From a virus: DNA of 64,000 bases. The stretch spans positions 6,436 through 70,435 of IMG/VR virus record IMGVR_UViG_3300005529_000033. One strand, given 5' to 3'. Below, in pieces: positions 45,926 to 55,507 of the stretch (its first letter is position 1; the number at the start of each line of letters is the position of its first letter). A program made the position numbers and the translations under genes. The notes under the pieces are model-generated. The model did no database searches. It saw nothing but the letters and a program-made list of their open reading frames with translations, and was not told the DNA's origin.

Positions 45926-46851
45926 GCCGCGCACCGGAACCGCGGCCCGGCGACATCCTCGCCGCCCTGACCGAGCTCGGCGCCGCAGCGGACGCGAAGG
46001 TCTCCGGCGGCGACGTCTACGTCTTATGCCCCTACCATGACGACCGCAGTATCGGGTCCTTCGCGATCAGCATCGAGACGGGCCTGAACTACTGCTTCGC
46101 CTGCGGGAACGGCGGCAGCTTCCACCGGTACCTGATGGCCGCGCAGAAGATGAGCCGCACCGAGGCCCGCCGCTGGTGCCTGAGCCGGCTCATCGCTACC
46201 ACCGAGTCTGAGCGCCCGGACGGCACCCGCATCGAGATCAGCGAGGCCAGCCTCGCCCTGTTCACCTCGCCGCCGGACGAGGCCCTGCGTGACAAGGCCG
46301 TCACCGCGGAGTCCTGCAATGTGCTGGAGATCTTATGGGACCCCGCCAGGGGCGACTGGATCTTCCCGGTACGCGACCCCTGGACCGGGAAGATCTACGG
46401 GTGGCAGGCCAAGCACGGCCGGTACATGTCGAACAAGCCGGAAACCATCCCGGTCAAGTCCTGCCTGTTCGGCTTCGGCCAGGTACCGCCCGGCGCCCAG
46501 GTCGTCCTCGTCGAATCTCCCGTCGACACCGCCGTCATGCGCGACGCCGGCTATACCGCCGTGTCTTCCTTCGGTTCCGTCGTCACCGACGCCCAGCTCG
46601 CCCTGATCACCGAGCGGGCCGGCAGCCTGGTCCTGGCCCTGGATGACGATAAGGCCGGCTGGCGGGCCACTGACGCGATCTGGCGCAAGCCCAGGCCCAT
46701 CCCTGTCCGCGTCTTCAATTACGGCGAGTTCGACTATCCAGAAGGCAAAGACCTCGGAGAACTGCTTGACCGAGGAATCCGGTGGGGTAAGGACCCCGGC
46801 GAACTGCCCGACCATGCCATCCGGTGGGGCATGGAGAACCTGCTGTGCTGA
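45922..46851 (+). CDS. dnaG: DNA primase (CHC2 zinc finger + TOPRIM)
   Basis: CPYH.D...SF....YCFACG; LVES..D; LALDDDKAG; KDPGE. Confidence 0.9.
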   Translation: MSRAPEPRPGDILAALTELGAAADAKVSGGDVYVLCPYHDDRSIGSFAISIETGLNYCFACGNGGSFHRYLMAAQKMSRTEARRWCLSRLIATTESERPDGTRIEISEASLALFTSPPDEALRDKAVTAESCNVLEILWDPARGDWIFPVRDPWTGKIYGWQAKHGRYMSNKPETIPVKSCLFGFGQVPPGAQVVLVESPVDTAVMRDAGYTAVSSFGSVVTDAQLALITERAGSLVLALDDDKAGWRATDAIWRKPRPIPVRVFNYGEFDYPEGKDLGELLDRGIRWGKDPGELPDHAIRWGMENLLC

Positions 46852-48494
46852 CTATCCCCCTGCTCCCCTACCAGGAACCAGCCGTCGATAAGTTCCTCGG
46901 CCGGGGCAGCCTGCTGGTCACCATGGACCCCGGTACCGGCAAGACCATCGTCGCCATCGCCTGCGCCGAGGAGCTCATCGGCGCCCGCAAGATCAGTACC
47001 TGCCTGTGCGTCGTCCCGGCCGCCTTGAAATACCAGTGGGCCCAGTGTCTCGCCCAGTTCACCGACATGCCCTCGCATGAGATCAAGGCCGGGAAGGAGA
47101 TCATCACCGTCCCCGAGCCCCCGTTCTGCATCGTCATCGACGGCACCGAGAAAGCCAGGGACATACAGTACGCGCAGATCTGCATGAACACCGAGTACGT
47201 CATCCTCGGCTACCCCAACGTCCTGAACGACTGGGACATCATCCGGCAGCATGCCTGGGATTTCGTGGTCCTGGACGAGATCACCGCCATCAAGAACCCC
47301 GGCAGCGACATCACCCGCGCGATCCGCGAGACCTTCCAGCCTCCCTGGCGGCTCGGCCTCACCGGAACCCCCGTCGAGAACAAGCCCGAGGAACTGTACT
47401 CCATCATGGAATGGATCTCCCCCGGCTACCTCGGCCTTCCCGCCATCTTCGACAAGGCCTACGTCAAGCGCAGTTCCAGCGGCGATGTCATGCGGTACAA
47501 GAACCTCCCCGTCCTGCATGCCCAGCTCCAGGCCGTCACCTACCGCAAGAAGCGCACCGACCCCGACGTCGCCCGCTACTTCCCCCGCGAGGACGAGGAC
47601 ACCTGGACCGTTGGCATGCCGCCCGCGCTTCAGGAGGCCTACCTGGTGCTGGCCGCCGACCTGCTTGAGCACCTGCGCGCCGTGAAACGCCGCGGCGCGT
47701 TCGACATCACCGCCGCCTACCGCGGCGGCAAGCCTGACGAGGGCACCGCGGTAGGCCGGATCGCCTCCCGCATGCAGGCCATGGAAATGCTCACCTGCCA
47801 CCCCTCCCTCATCGCGCAGTCCGCCAGCGACTACATCTATTCCGAGGTGTCGCGGGCTTCCGGGTACGTGAAAGCTTCCTGGCCGGGCAGTAAGTGGTGC
47901 AACGACATCGTGAACTCCGGCATCATCACCGCGGACATCGCGCAGATGACACCTAAGCTTGACTACCTGCTGGACAAGTGCGCCGAGATCGCCCGGGACC
48001 CGGACGCGAAGATCCTGGTCTACACCAAGTACACGCGCATGCTGCCCATCCTCGCGGACGCCATGGACCTGAACGGCCTCGGCCGCGTCACCTACAGCGG
48101 CGAGATGAGCGCCCCGGCCAAGGCGGGCGTCATCGCCGCGTTCACCGCCGCCCCGGGCATCCGCGTGTTCCTGAGCTCACACGCCGGCGCATACGGCGTC
48201 GACATGCACATGGCCTCCCACCTGGTCAACTACGACATCCCCTGGTCCGGCGGCAGGTTCGAGCAGGTCAACGGCCGCCACGTCCGCGCCTCCAGCACCC
48301 GGCCGGTCACCTACCTGCGGCACCTGCTCGCCGCTGGCTCCCTGGACGAGCGCAAGCTCGCCCAGGTCCGCTTCAAGCAGCGCCTGTCAGCCGCGATCGT
48401 CGACGGCCAGGGCGCCGACCACCTCGGCCGCCTGGAGAACGACGCGGGCACTCTCACGGAGTTCCTGGAAGACCTCCTCACCCGCCGAAGATGA
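46845..48494 (+). CDS. SNF2-family helicase
   Basis: L.PYQ, DPGTGKT, VVLDE, LTGTP.EN, VNYD.PW, Q..GR. Confidence 0.9.
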   Translation: MLTIPLLPYQEPAVDKFLGRGSLLVTMDPGTGKTIVAIACAEELIGARKISTCLCVVPAALKYQWAQCLAQFTDMPSHEIKAGKEIITVPEPPFCIVIDGTEKARDIQYAQICMNTEYVILGYPNVLNDWDIIRQHAWDFVVLDEITAIKNPGSDITRAIRETFQPPWRLGLTGTPVENKPEELYSIMEWISPGYLGLPAIFDKAYVKRSSSGDVMRYKNLPVLHAQLQAVTYRKKRTDPDVARYFPREDEDTWTVGMPPALQEAYLVLAADLLEHLRAVKRRGAFDITAAYRGGKPDEGTAVGRIASRMQAMEMLTCHPSLIAQSASDYIYSEVSRASGYVKASWPGSKWCNDIVNSGIITADIAQMTPKLDYLLDKCAEIARDPDAKILVYTKYTRMLPILADAMDLNGLGRVTYSGEMSAPAKAGVIAAFTAAPGIRVFLSSHAGAYGVDMHMASHLVNYDIPWSGGRFEQVNGRHVRASSTRPVTYLRHLLAAGSLDERKLAQVRFKQRLSAAIVDGQGADHLGRLENDAGTLTEFLEDLLTRRR

Positions 48495-48564
48495 TCTTGA
48501 CCAGCCGGGGAGGTCCCGGTAACCTGCACATCCATGCTTCGGGGACAAGCACAGGAAGGGGAGC

Positions 48565-49026
48565 ATGATGACGCGCTCAGCCGGACCGGACAGGGCCCGC
48601 CAGGCGGCACTGACCTACCTCACCGCACGACTCGATAAGCGGGACGCGACCGCCGAGATGGGTGACAAGAAGCGCGGCCCTCAGCAGGTACTCGAAGCCA
48701 TGTGCCGTAATTTCGGCACCGAAGACGGCAACGGCAACCTCACCTGGCTCCTCGATCCGCCCGTCACCATCGACGGCATCACCTATACCGGGTTCCGCCT
48801 CCAGGCCAGGCAGCCCGCCTCCTACTGGGACGAGGAGCCGGCACAGGAATTCATCCGCGGGCTTCCCCCGGAGCTGCAGGAAGGCCTCACGCATACCGAG
48901 ATCGTCTACGACTACGACCAGCTGTACCTGCTCGTCCAGCAGCAGCACATCGCCGCGCATGACATCGATAGCCTCATCGTCACTCCGCCGAGAGAATTCG
49001 CCCTCACCGTCTTAGAGGCGAAGTGA
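48565..49026 (+). CDS. hypothetical phage protein
   Basis: GGGGAG RBS; G.ED.NG motif. Confidence 0.65.
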   Translation: MMTRSAGPDRARQAALTYLTARLDKRDATAEMGDKKRGPQQVLEAMCRNFGTEDGNGNLTWLLDPPVTIDGITYTGFRLQARQPASYWDEEPAQEFIRGLPPELQEGLTHTEIVYDYDQLYLLVQQQHIAAHDIDSLIVTPPREFALTVLEAK

Positions 49027-49027
49027 C

Positions 49028-49417
49028 ATGACCCGCATCAAGGACTTCATCCCTGGTGCCGAGCCCGCCCGCGCCCCGGCGCCCCCCGCCCGGGACGACT
49101 ACGAGCTCGGCCGCCCCGCCATGATCATCGCAGGCGAGCCCTGCTACCCGATCAGCGTCCTGGCCGACGCCATGAACCGCTCCAACAGCACCATCCGCGC
49201 CTGGGAAGCTGACGGCGTGATTCCCCGCGGCTACAGCACCGAAGGAGCCACCCGCAACGGCAACCGCCGCCTGTACACCCGCCGCCAGATCCTCGGCCTG
49301 CGCCAGCTCGCCGCCGAGTACGGCATCCTGGACGACCGCAGCCGCACCGTCAAGGGCAGCGAGTTCAGTCGCGTCACCTTCCTGCTGTTCGACAGCCTCC
49401 GCGAGGAGACAGCATGA
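49028..49417 (+). CDS. MerR-like HTH DNA-binding protein
   Basis: Y.I..LA.A.NRS..TIR.WE..GVIP...RRLYT..QI. Confidence 0.85.
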   Translation: MTRIKDFIPGAEPARAPAPPARDDYELGRPAMIIAGEPCYPISVLADAMNRSNSTIRAWEADGVIPRGYSTEGATRNGNRRLYTRRQILGLRQLAAEYGILDDRSRTVKGSEFSRVTFLLFDSLREETA

Positions 49418-49575
49418 TCCTTCCCGACTGCCCCCAGTGCGCCGCCCAGCTCGACGACCCCCACCTGCTCGGCGCCGCCGCATCCGTCGGCATCTCCCGC
49501 AACATCAGCACGGAACAGGTACTGGCCGAGTACCTCCGCTACCACCACCGCCGCTTCCACCAGGACACCGGATGA
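49414..49575 (+). CDS. small hypothetical protein (not in track)
   Basis: GAGGAG RBS, ATGA overlaps, CPQC. Confidence 0.5.
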   Translation: MILPDCPQCAAQLDDPHLLGAAASVGISRNISTEQVLAEYLRYHHRRFHQDTG

Positions 49576-49880
49576 TCCTCACCCTCGGCTACCGCGGCGT
49601 CTTCCGCCAGGCGCAGTACGAGACCGTCACCATCGAGGCCAGCATCAGCCTGGACACCGACAAGGACAAGACCGGCAGCGCACTCACGCGCGAAGAACTC
49701 GCCGACCTCATGACCGCCGACCTCGGCACGCTGATCAGGCCCCTGACCGACCGCGCCGCACAGGCCAGCCAGTACGACGAAACCGAGACAGTGCTCTACC
49801 AATGGAAGGGATTCACCGATGCCGCAAGTGACACGCCGCCGCCCGGCCGAGCGCAGCGCCGGGTACGGCGAGGCAGCTGA
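49572..49880 (+). CDS. hypothetical protein
   Basis: ATGA overlap; QYET..I.AS motif. Confidence 0.55.
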   Translation: MILTLGYRGVFRQAQYETVTIEASISLDTDKDKTGSALTREELADLMTADLGTLIRPLTDRAAQASQYDETETVLYQWKGFTDAASDTPPPGRAQRRVRRGS

Positions 49881-50649
49881 CGACAGCCAGCAGTTACCGG
49901 CCAGCCGGCGGCGCCGCCGCGCCGCCACGGCAGAAGACGAGTACGACCACGACGCCAGGGAGGAACGCTCCTCGCGCCGAAGCCGCGGCAGCAGGCCCGC
50001 GCCTTCCTCCGGCGGACGCGGCTGGGCATCTCACCGCAAGAACGAAGCCCGCACCCGCCGCGGCTTCGGCGCCAGCCCTGATGAGTTCCGCGTCGACGCC
50101 GAAGACGTCACCTACCTCGTCAAGCCGTTAGAACACGAGCCGTTCTGGTCCTACTGCGAGCACTACGTCGACGAGATCGAGGAAGGCAAGCGGTCCTTCA
50201 CCTGCGGCGACGACACATGCCCCCTGTGCGACCTCGGCCACAACCCCCGCGCCTTCGACCTGTTCAACGTCGCCGTCTGGGACCCCGCCGGGAACGGCGG
50301 CGAAGGCACCTGGACCCCCAAGTACTGGCGTGCCACCCCGGACCCGGCCGGGAAGATCCTGTCCCGCTCCGAGGAACTCGGCACCGGCCGCAACCCCAAG
50401 GGCCTCGGCGACGACGACGTGTACCTCGCCGTCTCCAAGTCCAAGAGCAGGAAGAAGAAAGGCGGCCGGGCCTTCAACGAATTCACCATCGACCTGGTGA
50501 AAGCCCGCGACCTCGAAGAAGACCACGACGCCTGGCCCCTGGACGACGCCGACCTCGACGAGCTGAAGGAACGGCTGTTCGACGAGACCGTCGCCCCCGA
50601 GGCCTCCCTCAAGGAACTCCGCGACGCCGCCAGCGCCCTCGATGACTAA
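49819..50649 (+). CDS. single-stranded DNA-binding protein (T4 gp32-like)
   Basis: H.V......F.C....CPLC zinc site, FNV, acidic C-terminus. Confidence 0.7.
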   Translation: MPQVTRRRPAERSAGYGEAADDSQQLPASRRRRRAATAEDEYDHDAREERSSRRSRGSRPAPSSGGRGWASHRKNEARTRRGFGASPDEFRVDAEDVTYLVKPLEHEPFWSYCEHYVDEIEEGKRSFTCGDDTCPLCDLGHNPRAFDLFNVAVWDPAGNGGEGTWTPKYWRATPDPAGKILSRSEELGTGRNPKGLGDDDVYLAVSKSKSRKKKGGRAFNEFTIDLVKARDLEEDHDAWPLDDADLDELKERLFDETVAPEASLKELRDAASALDD

Positions 50650-50673
50650 CCCGGCACACACAGGAGACCGCGA

Positions 50674-51307
50674 CATGACCGACGCCAGCTACCGCCACAT
50701 CATCTTCATCATCGACCGATCCGGCAGCATCCAGTCCGTCTTACCGGACATGCAGGGCGGCTACGAGCAGTTCGTCAAGGAGCAGGCCGCCGTAGAGGGC
50801 ATCAGCACCTCGGCATCGCTCTACCAGTTCGATACCGAGCACGAGAACCTTTTCTCCTTCCAGGCACTGCACCATCTCAAGGCGTACAAGATCGTCCCCC
50901 GCGGCGGCACGGCGCTGCTGGACGCCATCGGCTACGCGCTGGTCACCGAGGGCGGCAAGCTCGCCGCGCTCCGGGAGGAAAACCGCCCCGGCAAGGTCAT
51001 CGTCCTGATCTGCACCGACGGCGAGGAAAACTCCTCCAGGAAGTACACCAAAGCCCAGGTCAAAGCCATGATCTCCGAGCAGCAGGACACGTACGGCTGG
51101 ACGTTCATCTACAACGGCGCCAACCAGGATGCCTTCGCCGAAGCCGGCGCCATGGGCATCGCCACCTGCAGCACCATGGGCTACGCGGCGACCCCGCAGG
51201 GCACCGCCGGCAGCTGGGCATCAGCATCGGCGATGGTGACCCGCGGGGCCGCCAGCGGCACCTACGCCTACACCGGGAACGAGCGCAAGGCAGCCTCCGG
51301 TGACTAG
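50674..51307 (+). CDS. von Willebrand A domain protein
   Basis: IIDRSGS MIDAS, GGTALLDA, TDG.EN.S, GANQDA. Confidence 0.85.
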
Positions 51308-51635
51308 CGCCGCCGAGGACGGCTCCCTGCGGATCCGCGGCCGGAACATCCTGGACCTGCGCCTGGACGGCGGTGAGACCGTCCGCGGCTACCTTACCGC
51401 CCTGATCACGGTGGCCCTGTTCCAGGACGGCGGCCAGGCCTTGAAGGCACCCGTCCGGACGGTCATGGCCGCTCACGGCATGCTTGACGACGGTGACCAC
51501 GACCGGGCAGACCAGCTTATCGGTGAGGCCATCGGCGTCCTGGCCGCCGAGCCCTTCTGCCTGATCGGCCGCAAGACAGACACCGAGCGCCGCTTAGCCC
51601 AGCTTCAGCGCCGCCACTCCGGCGGCCGGCGGTGA
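51300..51635 (+). CDS. hypothetical protein
   Basis: Overlapping ORF in operon; TVRGYL.AL motif. Confidence 0.5.
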   Translation: MTSAAEDGSLRIRGRNILDLRLDGGETVRGYLTALITVALFQDGGQALKAPVRTVMAAHGMLDDGDHDRADQLIGEAIGVLAAEPFCLIGRKTDTERRLAQLQRRHSGGRR

Positions 51636-51817
51636 CCGGCCACCCGATCCAGCACGTCGACCTGCCCACCTATGTCACCGTGGGTGACGTCATCGACTCG
51701 CTGGCTGAATTCGACCGGGCCCTCTCGTTCACCATCCTGACACCCTGCGGCACCAGGCAGGCGAACGCCCTGGACGTCGTTCCCGCCGACTTCGGCCACA
51801 TGGTCCAGATCTCCTGA
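51632..51817 (+). CDS. small hypothetical protein
   Basis: GTGA overlap; hairpin at about 51827-51867 downstream. Confidence 0.45.
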   Translation: MTGHPIQHVDLPTYVTVGDVIDSLAEFDRALSFTILTPCGTRQANALDVVPADFGHMVQIS

Positions 51818-51889
51818 CCGCAAGCCCCGGGTGCAGGGAGACCGGTGAACCCTCTCCCTGCACCCGGCCACCATGAAAGGACACCAGCC

Positions 51890-52171
51890 ATGGTCAGGCG
51901 CGGTGCCAGCAGCAAGTCCACCTGCCGGGTAATCCCCGGTGACTGCCTGAAAATACTCCGGGACTTACCGGAAGATTATTTTGATGCAAGCGTGACTGAC
52001 CCGCCGTATGACTTGACAGCCGGTAAGAAAGGCGGCACCGTGCTGGACCTGTTCGCGGGCACCGGCACCACCGGCCAGGCGTGCCTGGCCGAGGGCTTCA
52101 GCAGCGTCCTGATCGAACGAGACCCGGTAGCCCTGGAACTCATCCGCGTCCGCATCCCGGACCACCAGTGA
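51890..52171 (+). pseudogene. internally deleted N6/N4 DNA methyltransferase (beta class)
   Basis: GDC...L...D..VTDPPY joined after 9 aa to TVLDLFAGTGTT...IERD; middle region missing. Confidence 0.7.
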
Positions 52172-54144
52172 GCCGCTACATCATCACCGGCAAGGACGAC
52201 CTGGCCGACGCCGTGAGCATCCTGGCGCAGCGTGACGCGTTCGTGTTCGACATCGAGGCCCAGGGCGAGCACCGCGGCGTCCCCCATATATGTGACGTCA
52301 CCTGGATATCGTTAGCGTCGGACGGGATCACCTGCACGATCCCGATGGGCCACCCCATCGGCAGCCGGCAGTCCGGCACCCGCATCGAACCGCGGATGTG
52401 CGCGGACGGGAAGATCCGCAACTACAAGAAGCCCGTCTGGGAACCCCCGCCCCCGCAGCTGGAACGCAGCTATGTCTTCGAGCAGCTGCGCCCCTTGTTC
52501 CTCAACGACCGGCAGGTCAAGGTCTGCGCTGACCAGACCGTCGACTCGGTGGCCGTCACCCAGTATCTCGGCGAGGTCCCCTGGCCCCCGTATGACTGCG
52601 TGATCACCATGGACTGGCTGCTGGACGAGAACCGCCTCCAGCACGGCGTCAAGCCCCAGGTCCGCGACTACTTCGGCTACGACTACGACACCGAGAACAC
52701 CGGCCGCGAAGTAGAAAAGCACCCCTTCGGCAAGGTCGGCCACTACTCGGCCATGGACGCCCAGTACGAGTGGCTCCTGTACAAGCGGCACCGGGCACTG
52801 CTCGAGGCCGACCCGGACCTGGCCGGGGCCTGGCAGCTGGAACGGGACCTGATGTCCGTCCTGATCGGCATGCGGCTGGCCGGCGCCGACGTCGACGAGG
52901 ACCTCGCCCGCCGCCACGAGCAGGCCCTGTCCGTCCGCGTCGAGCAGCACAAGGCCGCCATCTACCGGGCCGCCGGCCGCGAGTTCTGCCTCAACTCCAA
53001 CCCGCAGAAACAGGAAATCCTCTACTCCCCCCGGGCCCAGGGCGGCCAGGGGCTCAAGCCGTGGAAGCTCACCGACGGCGGGCAGAAACGCGCCGCCCGC
53101 GGCGCCGCCCTGACCATCGCCGACTACTCCACCGATGATGACGTTCTCCAGTCCTACCCGGACAACCCCGTCTGCACCGCCCTGCGTGACTACGGCGACG
53201 CCGCCAAGCTCCTGTCCACCTACATCCAGTCCTGGCTCGGCACCGGGGACAAGCTCCCCATGATCCACGACGGGCGCCTGCACACCTGGCTGAAAGGCTA
53301 CGGGACAGTCACGGGACGCCTTTCTTCCTCCAAGCCCAACCTGCAGAACATCCCCCGGCCCGACACCGAAGACGGCAGGCTCCTGCGGTCCGTGTTCACC
53401 GCACCGCCCGGCCACAGGCTCATCGTCGCCGACTACGGCCAGATCGAGCTTGTCGTGATCGCGCATTTCATCGGCCACGGCGGCTTGTACGACGCGTTCC
53501 TCAACGGCGAGGACCCGCACCGCAAGACCGCCGCGGAAATGTTCCGCTGCAGCGTCGAGGATGTCACTCCGCGGCAAAGGCAGATCTGCAAGACATCGAA
53601 TTTCCTCATCTCCTACGGCGGCGGCTGGAAAACCCTCATGATCTCCGCCAACAAATACCTCCCGGACGACCAGAAAATCACCGCGGCCACCGCGAGAGAA
53701 GTCATGGACATCTACGCGGACACCTATCCCGAGGTGGAAGACTTCCGGTCGCTTGTCATGGACGCCGCCCGCCGCCGCAAGCCCCCCTACATCCGCACCC
53801 TGATCGGCCGCAAGCGCCGCATGCCCAAGCTCAACGCCCGCGACCCCAAGGTACGCGCCGGCGCCGAGCGCGCCCTGTTCTCCGCCCTCATCCAGGGATC
53901 CGCCGCGGACCTGATGAAAATGTCCCTGATCCGCGCCGACCAGATGCTCGCCGAGCAGCTCCCGGACGCCTGCGTCATCTTGACAATCCACGACGAGATC
54001 GTCGCGGTCGCCCCCGAAGACCAGGCGGGGAAAGCACAGGACATCATCACCGAGGCAATGACCGGACCGGGCATCCAGAAACTCATCCGGGTCCCGCTGA
54101 AGATCGACATCAAGGCCGTGAGCCACTGGGCGGACGCGAAGTAA
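52168..54144 (+). CDS. polA: family A DNA polymerase with 3'-5' exonuclease domain
   Basis: FDIE; TVTGRLSSSKPNLQNIP; ADYGQIEL; K.SNF...YG; IQGSAAD; IHDE. Confidence 0.95.
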   Translation: MSRYIITGKDDLADAVSILAQRDAFVFDIEAQGEHRGVPHICDVTWISLASDGITCTIPMGHPIGSRQSGTRIEPRMCADGKIRNYKKPVWEPPPPQLERSYVFEQLRPLFLNDRQVKVCADQTVDSVAVTQYLGEVPWPPYDCVITMDWLLDENRLQHGVKPQVRDYFGYDYDTENTGREVEKHPFGKVGHYSAMDAQYEWLLYKRHRALLEADPDLAGAWQLERDLMSVLIGMRLAGADVDEDLARRHEQALSVRVEQHKAAIYRAAGREFCLNSNPQKQEILYSPRAQGGQGLKPWKLTDGGQKRAARGAALTIADYSTDDDVLQSYPDNPVCTALRDYGDAAKLLSTYIQSWLGTGDKLPMIHDGRLHTWLKGYGTVTGRLSSSKPNLQNIPRPDTEDGRLLRSVFTAPPGHRLIVADYGQIELVVIAHFIGHGGLYDAFLNGEDPHRKTAAEMFRCSVEDVTPRQRQICKTSNFLISYGGGWKTLMISANKYLPDDQKITAATAREVMDIYADTYPEVEDFRSLVMDAARRRKPPYIRTLIGRKRRMPKLNARDPKVRAGAERALFSALIQGSAADLMKMSLIRADQMLAEQLPDACVILTIHDEIVAVAPEDQAGKAQDIITEAMTGPGIQKLIRVPLKIDIKAVSHWADAK

Positions 54145-54161
54145 CTGGTAAGGTACAAAGC

Positions 54162-54638
54162 ATGCAGGATCAGGCCGAAGATTACACGGGCGTCGTCACC
54201 GCCGCCATGTTATGGGACATGCTGCCCGCCGAGGCAGTCGTCCCGCTGTGCGCCGAGATCGACGGCATCACCCCGCCCGGCCCCGACGGCGCCGCGTTCG
54301 AGCTCGCGGCCAGCGACGCCCGCCGCGCCGCGATCGGCCCGCTGCTCCCCTGGATCGAGGTCCTGTCCGTCATCGCCGCCGAGATCGAGGGCATCGCCAC
54401 CATCCGCCCCGTCTCCGTCACCAGAGACGACAGCACCGTGACGGTCACTCCCACCGCCGCGCCCACTGCCGAGCAGCTCCGCCAGCTGCGCCAGGAACGC
54501 GACCAGTTCGAGATGGACGCCCACGACATCATCGTCCCCGCCGCCTGCGCCATCGTCTCCCTCCTGGTCGACCGCGGCTTCCTGAAGGTCACGGACCGCG
54601 GGCAGGCCGCCACCCTCGACGCGTTCACCGGGAGCTAG
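54162..54638 (+). CDS. hypothetical protein
   Basis: ORF after polymerase, GC3-rich. Confidence 0.6.
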   Translation: MQDQAEDYTGVVTAAMLWDMLPAEAVVPLCAEIDGITPPGPDGAAFELAASDARRAAIGPLLPWIEVLSVIAAEIEGIATIRPVSVTRDDSTVTVTPTAAPTAEQLRQLRQERDQFEMDAHDIIVPAACAIVSLLVDRGFLKVTDRGQAATLDAFTGS

Positions 54639-54640
54639 GG

Positions 54641-55120
54641 ATGTCGTTCTGGGACCGGCGGCTGCAGGAGATCAAGGGCCAGCCTCAGCGGCCGGCGTAC
54701 CCCGGCAGCACCGGGATCCCGGCGCCGGCTGCCCGCAGCCGGGACGAGCTGCCCGGCTACGTCCAGCAGCAGCTCGCCATCCGCGGCACCGGAGGCGGCG
54801 CCCAGGAGGGCGCGGATAACCTGGCCCGCCGCATCCTGCGCGAAGGCTACAACGCCAGGCCGCCCAGCTGGGTGCAGCGCCAGCCCCGCGACACGTGCCC
54901 TAATTGCGCAGGCCCCGACATGGCCGCCGTCTCCAGCGGCGGCTACTCCCGGCCCGGCGCCCCCGGCACCATCTTGAGATGCTTCGACTGCGGCTGGTCC
55001 TCAGCCCGCGGCATCCCGGCCATGTACGGGATCCCCGCCTCCGGGCCCGTCGTCGGCGCCGCCGTCCAGTCCCGCGACGGCCAGGTGCCCCTGCGCAACA
55101 CCGGGTTGATCACCGCCTGA
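54641..55120 (+). CDS. zinc-ribbon hypothetical protein
   Basis: SFW..RL start; CPNC ... RCFDCGW. Confidence 0.65.
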   Translation: MSFWDRRLQEIKGQPQRPAYPGSTGIPAPAARSRDELPGYVQQQLAIRGTGGGAQEGADNLARRILREGYNARPPSWVQRQPRDTCPNCAGPDMAAVSSGGYSRPGAPGTILRCFDCGWSSARGIPAMYGIPASGPVVGAAVQSRDGQVPLRNTGLITA

Positions 55121-55142
55121 CCGGCCCGGTAAGCTTACGGCC

Positions 55143-55358
55143 ATGCTGAACCCCGAGCGTTTATCCCGCTACGTCGCGCCAGGCGGAACCCGGTCCGGCC
55201 AGTTAGGCTACATCACGCCCGCCCAGGCCCGCCGCATGCGGCACAAGCAGTTCTCCCGCAAGACCCACCAGCACATCCGCGGTGAGATCCCCGCCTGCCC
55301 CCGGTGCAAGCCCGGCTGGACGCCCGCCCGGCTGCGCCGCCTGGAGCAGCAGGCATGA
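55143..55358 (+). CDS. small basic protein
   Basis: TAAGCT, 7 nt, ATG; TPAQ.RR..HK, CPRC. Confidence 0.55.
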   Translation: MLNPERLSRYVAPGGTRSGQLGYITPAQARRMRHKQFSRKTHQHIRGEIPACPRCKPGWTPARLRRLEQQA

Positions 55359-55507
55359 GGGCCCGCCCGTTCCTGGCCCGGCACTGGGCGGACATCTTGT
55401 TCGCCGCCGCCATCGCCTACACAGCCTCAGCCAGCGCCTATGCCGTGTTCTTCGTGCATCCGCCCGCTCCGGCAGTCATCATCCGCTCATGCGGGAGCAC
55501 CCCGTGA
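55355..55507 (+). CDS. small membrane protein
   Basis: ATGA overlap, one TM segment. Confidence 0.4.
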   Translation: MRARPFLARHWADILFAAAIAYTASASAYAVFFVHPPAPAVIIRSCGSTP

